Made by a program: the position numbers and the translations under genes. Below, one piece after another: positions 39,601 through 50,545 of a stretch of DNA of 64,000 nt (within the stretch, counting starts at the first letter, position 1; each line of letters begins with the position of its first letter). Location: contig NEEC01000002.1 in the NCBI GenBank assembly GCA_002189035.1, positions 992,001-1,056,000 of the forward strand, given 5' to 3'. Source of the DNA: Utricularia gibba. Taxonomy: Eukaryota > Plantae > Magnoliophyta. The notes under the pieces are model-generated. The model had not been told where the DNA came from, ran no database searches, and saw only the letters and a list, made by a program, of their open reading frames with translations.

Positions 39601-40923
39601 AAGTTGCTTCTTATAAGGAAAATACTGAGAGAACCCTGGTCGATAGTACACCAAAATCTGCTGGCTCTGTTGCAAGAATTTCCCAGCTTCTTAAGAAGTG
39701 CACTCAAGGTGTTTTTAGGTTATCTCCCAATAATAGACGACAAGACGTGCCTCCCCCAAATTCTGAGCAAGCAAGGGTATCAGCTGAGGCTTCTCCCAAG
39801 GGAGATTTTAGTGTAGTACAAGAAGTGCTAGAAACTCCATCGGTTTCCCACTTCAAGAGTCATCCGCAAAAGTGTATCAGTAGCACAAATTCCATCAAGG
39901 GAGATGTTGAAGATGCTGAAGCTTTCCTGAATGGAAATTCAGAACAGCATCCTTCAACGGTTAACGTGAAAAGTAGGGGAGGTTCACGTCTCAGAGGAAA
40001 AGCTTCTGGAGCTTCTAAGAGGAAATCGATAAACAATGCTCCTACGGTGACAACGAATCATGGTGCGACAGAAAACACCGAAGGAGCACATGAAGGCAAT
40101 GGTGATGGTGTTCATAGGAAGAAGCGCCAAAAGTCTGCTCCATCTGTGGACATCAGAGGAAAGCAAAATTATAACCTTCGACAACGTAAAACGTACGTCC
40201 AATATTTCTTTCATATATTCTTTCAGCAGGGTGCTGCTTTGATAGCCTATCCTGGAATTCTTTGGGTATTTACTTCATCTCTGATTATTGGTGGAAAAAT
40301 ATTAATTTTGTGTTGTTCAGATGATGCCCTTTCCTAGAAGCTTATATAGTGTATGCTTGAACTCCTGAATTATCACACCAGTTAATTGTGTGTGTGTGTG
40401 TTTCAATCTCTTCCAGGCCAGTCAAAGGAAACAGTATTTCCTTTGAAAATGGAGGCAAGATCAATGGTGAAGGCAGTGATGTAGCTCTCACCCAAGATCA
40501 GAAAGTCAATTCTGCACCGCAGATGGTGATCTCCCCTTGTGATATACATTCTTCTGAAGGGTTGAAGTCCAAGCATTATGAGGTGCTAAAGTCTACTTCT
40601 GCATTAACCGAATTTCCGATCAAGATATTTCTACATTTTTTTCATGAATATCTTATCGTACTGTCTATTTATTGCATAGCTACTCATGTGCTTTCTATGA
40701 CTTCCAGGCTTCAAATCACCATGCGAATGACAAGTCTGATACTGGTAAGCTGGCCGGAATTCCGGAGCTGCGTGAGGAGATGAATGGGTCTTCATGTTAT
40801 AATGATGAAAACCCAAACGAGATTGCATTTTTAGGTGTTGATGACCCTTTAGAAAATGAAGATGATGAGACTGCAGGTAACGCTTCAATTCCCAGAAAAC
40901 TGTGGAATTTTTTCACGTCCTGA
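36602..40923 (+). CDS. CRWN: CROWDED NUCLEI / NMCP1-type nuclear lamina coiled-coil protein; apparent frameshift at 39223-39225
   Basis: MFTPKRQW start, [15 protein letters not shown], long coiled-coil rod, RKKRQK NLS-like stretch, NYNLRQRK and C-terminal KLWNFFTS. The large exon is split between ORFs 38326-39267 and 39207-40337. Confidence 0.92.
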
Positions 40924-41776
40924 CAACTTGAAAGCTGTGAGATTTTTGCTGTACATGGAAGCTTTATGATAATAGTCCAGTACCAGACATTTTTTCTTGA
41001 CCCTGTGTTTATCAGCAGGAAAGAAAATATGTTCCATCGTTGGCTTACAATAAATCAGGGTAGTTATCATACCATTGTGAGACATACACGTGTGATCGTA
41101 TTTGCGAGCAACTTCAACCAGCTGTATTCCCATATATCTCTCATTGATGGCTTACAGTGCGGTGAATTTTTTTTTTCAATGGCTACTGTAGGGTGGTGAT
41201 AGTATTCTTGGATCCGTTCTTACAACTTGATATCTCATCTTCATACTAGAATGTTTTTCTTACAAACCTGTTGTTGCCATTCTCTCTCATCCGAAAAGTC
41301 TGCTGCAATTAGACAATGTTGGGCCCTTCTTCGCCCAACAATTCTTGTCTTCATTCCTGCACAAGCTGAGGTTTGTCGACAGGGGCAATGTTGCCATTCC
41401 AGCTGGCTGCGCATGCAACATCCAATCATTGTTTACATCTCGGGTTTTCTAATTGCCCATGTAATGATGGGACAAGAAGACCCTGTGGTTCCAGCACGAT
41501 GGTTTATGATTGTCCTTATGAATGCAAATTGTTTTGTTAGCGCTTGTCTCCTTTTGCACTCATGGATATGGAGACACGGATGATTAGACTATGAATTATG
41601 CTTTAATAACATGCAAGTGATGCTTCCTTCCTATTCACAGATGTACCTCCTCTGGGCCTGAGTTCTCTCGCCCACAGAACAAAATGGAGATTCACAGCTT
41701 CAGGTACAACTTTGTGAAGAGGAAATCCAACAATAAGATCTTACTCTTGGTTGCATCTGTATGAAGAAGAGGATCA

Positions 41777-42523
41777 CTAGATTCTGAGTAGGTAGAGACT
41801 GAGCTCTGGGCCTCCATTCCCATCAGGATTCATCATGTAGAAAGCTTCTGAGTCCTTGGATCCAATGACTCTTTCAAACTTGGCTCTCATGAACATCATC
41901 TCTCCTTCTGAATCTCCGCCGTCTACGGCTGCCGGAAGCACCCCTGCGCCCATGGAAATTGGCCCTATTGCATTCAGAACTTTCCATTCCCTAGAATTGC
42001 AATCTCTGCGAATCGCGTACGCACATTTCTTCCCATTGCAATACGTTTTCCAAATGGGCTCATCCAGGAGCTTGATCCCTTTTTTCTCCATCTTCTTCTC
42101 GCACTCGAGGACGATTCTTACTAGCCCTGAAGCCATTTCTTTGACGAGAATGCTTGTCGGAGTCGCTAATTCTACTACAAAAGCTGGTTTCTGCTTGAAA
42201 TCTTCTTGGAGCGCGAAATGTACATGGCCGCGTCTGTGCCCGAAAAGGGTACCCAGAACTTTCGTGCCGAGCCCAGAAGAGAACTGGGTTCGGCTTCTTC
42301 CGAATCCCAAGGAAAGTGCAGTGCGCAACTTGGGAGCCGCCATTAGAGAGAGCTTTCTCCTTGGAGCAGGGGAAGAAATGCTCTGTTTCTCTGCAGATTT
42401 GGTTGTGAAAGCCACGGCTGTTTGTTCTAAATCATCATCTTCTTGTTGCTCAGCAACTTTGTTTTTCCAACTGAAGTACCTTCTGGAGAACGTAAGCGAA
42501 TCATGAGCTTCGAGTGACTTCAT
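41777..42523 (-). CDS. MIZ1-like: MIZU-KUSSEI 1-like DUF617 protein
   Basis: Intronless. VLGTLFGHRRGHVHFALQ, LVKEMASGLVRIVLECE, WKTYCNGKK, SMGAGVLP, MRAKFERVIGSKDSEAFYMMNPDGNGGPELSLYLLRI. Confidence 0.92.
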   Translation of the reverse strand: MKSLEAHDSLTFSRRYFSWKNKVAEQQEDDDLEQTAVAFTTKSAEKQSISSPAPRRKLSLMAAPKLRTALSLGFGRSRTQFSSGLGTKVLGTLFGHRRGHVHFALQEDFKQKPAFVVELATPTSILVKEMASGLVRIVLECEKKMEKKGIKLLDEPIWKTYCNGKKCAYAIRRDCNSREWKVLNAIGPISMGAGVLPAAVDGGDSEGEMMFMRAKFERVIGSKDSEAFYMMNPDGNGGPELSLYLLRI

Positions 42524-44490
42524 CGCGGCCGCAAGAGAGAAACTTTTTTTAGCAGTATGTGGGAAATCTAAGAGGGAGCAGAACAGAAAAGGAGAGGGCA
42601 ACGGATTGGGATTGGGTTTCTTCTTGTCTCACTCCTATGAAATACAAATTTGTGGGTTCTACTTGTCGGCCATTTTAACCTGACAAAAGAGAAAAAAGAA
42701 GCAGCACAACGCCAAAGCAGAATTTCAAAGCCTGAAACAATGCAAAAGATCCAAATCTCGAGGCAGTAGAAGAAAGAAAAGAATTTGAGGAGACAATCAC
42801 AATGTTGAATCAAATGGTGAAAGCCGGCCCCTCACTGTAAAAAAAAAAAACTGTAAATCCAGATCCAGAGTACAAACTAGAAAGTGAACCTGCTCCTCCA
42901 TGTAATCACAATCTCTCTCCATAAATGGCACCTACCGACTGACTCAAGAAGAAAGACTGATTGCATCGGAAAAAAGAAAAGAGAAATCAAACAATGAGTA
43001 GATTTGCTTCGAGCCCACAAAGCACTCACTAAACCAACCAAAACCCAGAAATTTCGCAGATAAACTCCGCCCAATCACATCACCCAACCAGCGAAGATCA
43101 TTAAATTCCGAGTGTAGACCCAGTCCTCCATTTCCGCTGGAACAGTGCAGGCGATAGCACCAAAGGCCCATTACCATTCCAGGCTTCCTTGCCTCTGAGT
43201 CGGGCCGCCCCACAATAACCCAAAGGCCCATTATCCGTACAAAAATAGGCCCATCATGAGGCGCTCCGTTTAGTCAACTATAACAAACGGATTCCATTAG
43301 TTTCTTGATCCCCAATTTAATGACGCGCCTGGACCTAGAGCAGCCTCATTAGAAAATCTAACACGTCGTTTTAGTTAGGTAAAGCAAACGTTGACTTTGG
43401 ATAAAAAATTTATTGCACCTAACTCCTAATTCTTACCTCTATCCCATCTAAAGACTCAAGTCAAAAAAAAAAAAAAAAAAAAAAATCAAATCCAATCCAA
43501 ACAACACGTAAGAACGACTCGAAAATTTATTAGGACGTGTTTGGTGATGAATTATAGTTAATATAAGAAATATTTTTATTTATATAAAAAGATGTGAAAT
43601 GACGATTCCAATATATAAAACCCATCTTAAGAATATCAAATCTCAATCTCAATTCTTCATAAATCTTATCTTATTTAGGCTTTGTTCTCTTTTCATAATT
43701 TTTGAAAATTCTAATCTTTGATCGTTAAGTGATAAAATCGTAAATTTAGATTATGTGATTAATTTCATAAATTATTAAATTTCTTAAATATGTGTATCCT
43801 TATTAAGCACCAGATTTCGATATATTTATTAATATTTGTCAGTTGATACCATCCAACATATATCTTTCTAAAGTGTGCTGATTTAAGTATTAAATATAAA
43901 TTATAATGAAAAATATTTAATATAAATATGAATTACATGGATTAAATAAAACATATTAGACTAATAAATTGTAAATAAAAATAATAATATTTCTAAATTC
44001 GTGTTTCTTTTTATACAAAAGCAGTAACAAAACTATTTTCATATTATTTGCAAAAATATCCATCCTCCAATTCTCTTAACACAGTCAAAATGGAAAAAAA
44101 ATTGTTAGACTTCATTATTCAAAAGGTAAGAAGTTGACCCGACCCGTGTGGTGGATCCGAATTAAGCGTGTCCATCTAAGACCTACTCCCTAACCTAACA
44201 CTCAACAAAATAATAAATGGATGATGGGCTTTTTCATTATGGGTGAAGAAATTGTGATTTTGTTGTAAAAAAAAAAGGAATAAAAAATTAAAAAATATAC
44301 GACACACGACCCACACCCAACCCAGAAGCTTGGATCCGGGCTCGGGTTCTGGGTCGGCCCGCGGGTCGTGATCAACGCCCAGTATTCGGTCCTAGTTGGC
44401 AGGCTGAACTCTGAAGGACCGTGGAACAGTCATTGGATGTGTGAACGATCTGCTAATAAATAATTACATATTTAATTATTTAATATCGTC

Positions 44491-44497
44491 TATAAAA
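44491..44497 (+). promoter_or_regulatory. TATA box of the nsLTP gene
   Basis: ctataaaaa about 65 bp upstream of the ATG at 44559. Confidence 0.6.
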
Positions 44498-44558
44498 ACA
44501 CCCTGTTTGATTCAACTTCTACACCCCCGACGAGAAGTATTCAGGGAGAAAAGTGAAA

Positions 44559-44903
44559 ATGGCGCGCCTATTCGACTTGATCGTGTCCGTTGTCCTGATC
44601 ATTTGCCTGTCTGCGGCGGCGACTCCGATCGTAGGCGCGATCACCTGCGACACTGTGCAAAGCGTTTTATCTCCCTGCACCGAGTACGTCCAGAGAGGTG
44701 GAAGTCCACCGGCCGCGTGCTGCGACGCCGTGGCCAATCTGGCGTCTGCAATTCAAACCCCGTCTGATCTCCAGGATGTCTGTGGCTGCGTTTCTACTAT
44801 GGATCCCGCTGCCGGCATCGACCCGAATCTCGTGTACGGGCTCCCGGTCACTTGCGGACTGCCGAATGCGTCTGCCCTCCAGTGCCCCAGGTCCTCTGGT
44901 TAA
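44559..44903 (+). CDS. LTP: Non-specific lipid transfer protein, type I-like 8-Cys scaffold
   Basis: Signal peptide followed by C-X9-C-X13-CC-X19-CXC-X21-C-X9-C. Confidence 0.88.
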   Translation: MARLFDLIVSVVLIICLSAAATPIVGAITCDTVQSVLSPCTEYVQRGGSPPAACCDAVANLASAIQTPSDLQDVCGCVSTMDPAAGIDPNLVYGLPVTCGLPNASALQCPRSSG

Positions 44904-45043
44904 GTGTTTTAATCAATCCAGGCCAGCGAGGCCAATTTGCTGTAATTGTGAACTAATAATGTGGCAACCAAACATCTGCGTTTGACTTGCCCTTGTGTTT
45001 ATGTTAAGAAATCACTCTCTGATTTCTATATAAACCAGATTAT

Positions 45044-45483
45044 TGTTGGATAAGATTTCAGCTTATCTTGTTCATTCTCGCAAATTATTGATGTAAATGA
45101 AACCAAAAATAAAAACCACAATACTTTTGGTAAGTGAAAACCCGAGAATCTGGATAAAAACCACTCTTTTTTAATAACACAAAATAAGTATAGGATTTAA
45201 ACCACACCATCATCAAGTTAATCAATACAAGAGTTACAAAAACTAGTAACCTTCCTACAATCTATCTATCGTTGCATCTGATGAACTTGATAAGAGATTA
45301 AACTTCTTGGAGATGAATCAAACCCAAGGTTTCTCTCAAAATCGATCACTTGTGATTAACCTCTTGTTTTTTCTTTATCTTAAATGGTCCACATATTCAC
45401 TTTTATTTGTGGTTGTTCATGTCAACTTTTCATGCATTTAATACATATTCCTTTCATATTCATGTAGTGGACATGCTCAATCA
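45044..45483 (-). mobile_element. Candidate solo LTR (Copia-like), reverse orientation
   Basis: TG...CA termini flanked by identical 5-mers attat (45039-45043 and 45484-45488). The minus strand ends ...GTGGTTTTTATCC...GGGTTTTCAC...TCCAACA, which resembles Copia LTR 3' ends as I recall them. The TSD is AT-rich, so this evidence is weak. Confidence 0.4.
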
Positions 45484-48317
45484 ATTATTGTACCTTATGA
45501 TTGGATCTAAATATCTACTGAATATTATTTGAAGTAGTCCACTTACTTCAACAGTTTATCCCTATAATAAAAGCTATCCTCCAAATCGGGGACGAAGAAT
45601 GTCCCTTTTTGCTTTCCACACAAATGGGTAAATACTTGTTGCACACTTGCTGATCACTTAAGACGACCATTCATTTTGGGCTTTTCCAAGCACCCCAACC
45701 AACTCCATCGGAAAATGGGCTGGCCCAATGATGCAAAGAAATTCCGAAATTGTCCCTTCATGTTGAGGTGGGTACGAATCAGATTCGACGATTTACTGAT
45801 CAAACCCTCTAAATTAGCATAACAATTGTGACTTGACTAATACAGGTCGATATGCTAGACCTATTCCAGGTCACGAGTTGATTCGAATCATTTCACAATT
45901 TATAAACCAATATAAATCGAGTTTAATTCATAAGTACTTAATTCAACTAATTACATTGAAACACATTTTTTTGTTATTGGCTATGTTAAAGATCCAACTC
46001 GTCTAATCCGTTGAGTTCACTCATATCTATGTATTATAGACCTGTCTTGTCGAGTAACCAGATGGATATCTTAGTTGATTCATATATGTACACACCTCTA
46101 ATTCATGAATGAGCATGGTCATCATTATTGGAACGTGTTTTTTTATTAATAATGATTTGCAATTTCAAAATTTATAGTATGATATTATTAGAATCGCAGA
46201 ATTTTAATTTCAAATATAAATATTGAGAACTAATATCCACAATTTACGAATAGAAATAATAATTTTTTTGAGGAATGACGTGGACGAGCTTTATTAAATG
46301 GACCCCACAAACAAGTGGAAGCCGAAGTTATTTAGGATATAATCTGATTAAAGTGAAATATTATATTTAAATAAAATCATTATATTGATTAATTTTATGT
46401 TGAATACAATAGAGCAGATTTTTCGACTATCAAATCGCGAACACCTGTTGACTACCAACCAAGCGGTTTTTATTATTCAATTTAATTTAATTATAAATTA
46501 GGGTTTTGTTGGGAAATTTGAACACCAATTTTGACTGAGCGAGCAACATTTTCTTTTTTAAAAGTAGTATTAAAAAGAACCTTCCCTATCGTTGAATGAC
46601 CAGCTTTCAGATCGACCGGATAAGTCGAGAGGCGGCGGCGGGCATGCACAATATTTAATTATTACTAGTTAAATTATTCATATCTAACTGAAAATATATT
46701 TATTATAATAAATGTGTTTATGATGAATAATCTGAAGTAATATTCATTTATAGATATTCGATTCAATTAATGGATTTAATTGCTAACTTTCGATGTATGA
46801 AAATTTCATGAAATCTGTAAAAATTTTTAAAAAAAATAGTGTAAAATGAAATAAATAAATAAATCATGTTCGATCAGTAAAACTTATACATTTTTCTATT
46901 GTTTTTTAAGACATAAATATCAAATAAACATTTATTTAAATATTTAAAAATAATTACAAACCATGAAGTTAGAATCTAATCTTTCATGACTTAATAAGAT
47001 AGGTTCGACATAAACATCGAAATGATGTATTGTGAATATTGAGAATCATCATGATTTATGATTTGGAAGATATCATATCGGTACGAAGGTATACTTTATT
47101 TTAATAATGTACCTTGGGTTAGAACACACAAGAATAGTACACATAATCCTATCAGAAATTTGAAATTTTATTTCATAGTCACATCTTCTAGAAGATGGAT
47201 GATGAGTAGTTTTTACTTTAACATGAAATCTCTATTTTAGCCTTTGGTGCTGGCTTGTACCAGTTCAGTGAATCAACCAAAGTATGGTGCATATGGTGGG
47301 GGTAATTCGGGTGTTTCCTTTTTCTCCTTTGATTTTTTAAAATTATAAATATAAAAAAAAATAGATTTTTATCGCTTTATTTTTGAAATGCAAAATATCC
47401 TCCGATACAGTTTAGGTTGAGGTGGGAATGAAAAGGAGCGGTCGACAAACCAGCCAATCATCAGTTGCCATGAAATGATTTTGTTTGCGGTTTTTCTTTT
47501 CTTTTCTTTATTTTTTTAAAAAATAATCACAAATTAATTAATTGCAGATGGAATTTCGATTTGACCGCCAGCCGCTTTTTTAGGCTTCTCCCTTTCTCCT
47601 GCTTCCCAAACATCATAATCCTCATCCCACCGGAGCCTGAAATTGAATTTCCTCTGTTTTTCATTTTCTCCAATCTAAATCTACGATTTTGACTGTTCCC
47701 GTTTGGGTTCAGATTCTCGATACCCGGAATTCACCCTGCTCAGTTCCTGTGGAAAGATCTTTCTTTTTGTTTTGGCGAGCTTACTTCCCCCATCGCGTGA
47801 TTCTGAGGTTCTGATTAGGTTTTTTTTTTTTTTTTTATCTGAACTTGGAGAACCCAGCAAACGGGGCGTGTTTATTTTCTTGATTTTGTGATGAATCTAC
47901 TTTTGGATTGTTTGTGAAATCCAAGTTATTCATTGGGATTGATTTTGTTGTGGATTCTTTTTTCTGTTAATACGGGGTTCTGTGGGTTTGGAAATTATGT
48001 GCTGTTAATCTCAGGAAAAAGTTGCTCTGTTCTGTGATACCTGAGGGGGGTGAGAGTTGGGTGATTGTTGTTAGGATTTTTAGTTGCCGCATTGGGATGG
48101 AATTGGTGATAGAAGTCGGTTGATTTTGTGGTTGGCTATCTTGGGAAAGTTTAATTGTTTAGTGAGCCTTCATCGATTTATTGTATGATGTTCTGTTGGT
48201 AGAACCCTTGAGGCTAATGTTTCCTTGCGGGCTCGTTCCTCTTCCTTTCGTTATCTGCGCATGATTTGCATGTGTTTAATTGTTTCTGGCTTGTATCAGG
48301 AGGCGTCTACATTAATA

Positions 48318-50181
48318 ATGGGATGTTTCACAGCGCTCAAGGGCAAGAAGAAATTTGAGCAGACTAGCTGTGTTAGGAGTACAAATGCACGGAAGCATTT
48401 GCTGACAGTGTTGCCTGAACCGCAGACCGGTACTCCCACTCTACATTCTGCACCACCAAGCTTCAGAGCAAGGGTGAAACCTTTGCAATCAAGTCAGGGA
48501 GTATGCCGCAGTAGAATAAGGACCCTATCCTCTCCATCAGGTATGGATGCTGCTGAACAATTTTCTTCCGTATATCCTCAGTCTGAGGAGCTAGAGGAGC
48601 AAAGGATCCGGATTGTTTCTGGGAAAGAGCACAATTCTCTGAGACCTCAACCACTTCCTCTACCATCTTCATTTGGAGCTAATGCCCTGAAGCCAACACC
48701 TAATTTTCGGATAGTCAGTAATAGTGAACCTCTTGACATGTCTGGGCCACTTCCTCTGCCACCTTGCCCCATTCCAACGTCCTTGGGGGCTATTGTTGAT
48801 TTCCCATATGAAGAAATTGCATCGGCTTGTGATAACTTCTCTCCTGAGAGATGTGTATCCGAGGGTCTCTACTCAACTGTTTACCGTGCTACGTTTTCTG
48901 AAAATGTATCTGGGTGGAAAAAGTTTGAGGCAATGGTCATTCGTCTCCACTCAAGCAATCAGGTATCTACTGGTTATTGGTTTTAGCGTCATATCATTTT
49001 GTTTGACACTAATCTAGAATACTACTTCAGGGTTTGAGAGAATTCGTGAATGATGTTAACATGCTTGCCTCTCTGCAACATCAATTTCTTTGCAAATTGA
49101 TCGGTTTTCATGCCCGGGAAAACTCAGATTTCAGGATGCTGGTTTATGAGAGGTTGTTTCATGGAAGTCTTGATAAGATTTTGTATGGCAGATCAAATGG
49201 TCCTCCTATTGACTGGAACAGCCGAATGAGGGTTGCTTTAAGTGCTGCACAAGGCTTAACCTTCCTGCATGAAGAAGGTCCTTTCCAGGTAGTAATTTGA
49301 TATCATATCTAAACCCAAAACTGATTTCTTAATTCGGCTAATCCATCTCCTGTTCACTAGGCTATGTTCTATGATTTTACAACTGTAAATATCCAGATCG
49401 ACAAAGACTTTAGTGCAAAGCTTTCTGGATATGGTTGCGTTGGCCATATTCCAGAGGTGGATTCTTCAGAGTGCTCGGTTAGTGTGTATTAACATTAAAG
49501 GCAGCTGCATCCGTTGGTGATTACCTTTCTATTGTGCATAACTTCTTTGATAAACTCATTATTCTTCAGGCGTTGGGAAATCTTTCCGTGGAAACGCTGG
49601 AACGTGGTTTGCTAACCCCAAAGAGCAATGTGTGGAGTTTTGGTGTTGTGCTTCTTGAATTGCTGACTGGAAGAAAAAACCTTGACATTCGGCAGCTGAA
49701 AGAAGAGAGAAACTTGGTCAGATGGAGTCGACCCTTCTTAGCCGATGATTGCAGGCTGTCACTTATAATGGATCCTCAGCTCAAGGGACATTTTCCTGTG
49801 AAAGCAGCTCGGAAAGTGGCTGACATTGCTCAACAATGTCTCAACGTGGATCCATCTGAAAGACCAACCATGAGGACAGTTGTGGATCACCTCAAATCCA
49901 TACAGGATATGAAGTACACATCCCGGTTTCCTCTTCAAGTACCTAGAGAAGTCCATGGAAAATACATGTCAAGATCCCCCAGTCTTAACATGATCATTAC
50001 CCCAGCTCCAAAGTCCCTCGTTTCCCCTTCCCCTCCTGCTGCTCGACAAACTCTGCTTTTACCGACACTCTCTCTTCCTCCAAGAAGATGCTCATCTACT
50101 CTGTTATGGGAGGAAAGTGATCGGCAGGGGAGACAGGAATCCAGAAAATCATCATCCTCAGTCTCTTATGGGTACATGTGA
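48318..50181 (+). CDS. Receptor-like cytoplasmic kinase (RLCK-VII/PBL-related), probable pseudokinase
   Basis: Exons 48318-48962, 49031-49288, 49361-49477, 49571-50181. MGCF N-terminus, FPYEEIASACDNFS, LVYERLFHGSLD, KSNVWSFGVVLLELLTGRK, RPTMRTVV; catalytic motifs are degenerate. Confidence 0.87.
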
Positions 50182-50545
50182 AGGATCCTTGTTAATGAGC
50201 TCTTTTCATCTTCAATTTTATCCCTTGAGCAATCTTATGTTACAAATCACATATATAGAAGCTGAATATATTCAGTAGATTGGTTGAGAATTTGTTGGGC
50301 TGTCTATAAATGCTTGTAAGTTCTAGACACATCTTCCTCTTTTTAGTTGGCCAGGTATATTCTTCTCATCCCCAAAATGTTTTTGGATGGTTGCAGCTTT
50401 TTCACTGTACCAGACAATTTCTGTATATTCATCCTGTTGTATTGCATGTATCCCAAAATTCAACTGCCTCTGTATATGATTCATGATCTTAATGCTATTT
50501 ATATTAGTAATGCTGTAGTAATAATGTTCAGTGACAGAGCAGAGA

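Noticed and set aside
41301-41350. Small hairpin agacaatgttgggc...gcccaacaattcttgtct
   Set aside because: Stem of only 8+6 bp in a 3' intergenic region; too short for a miRNA precursor.
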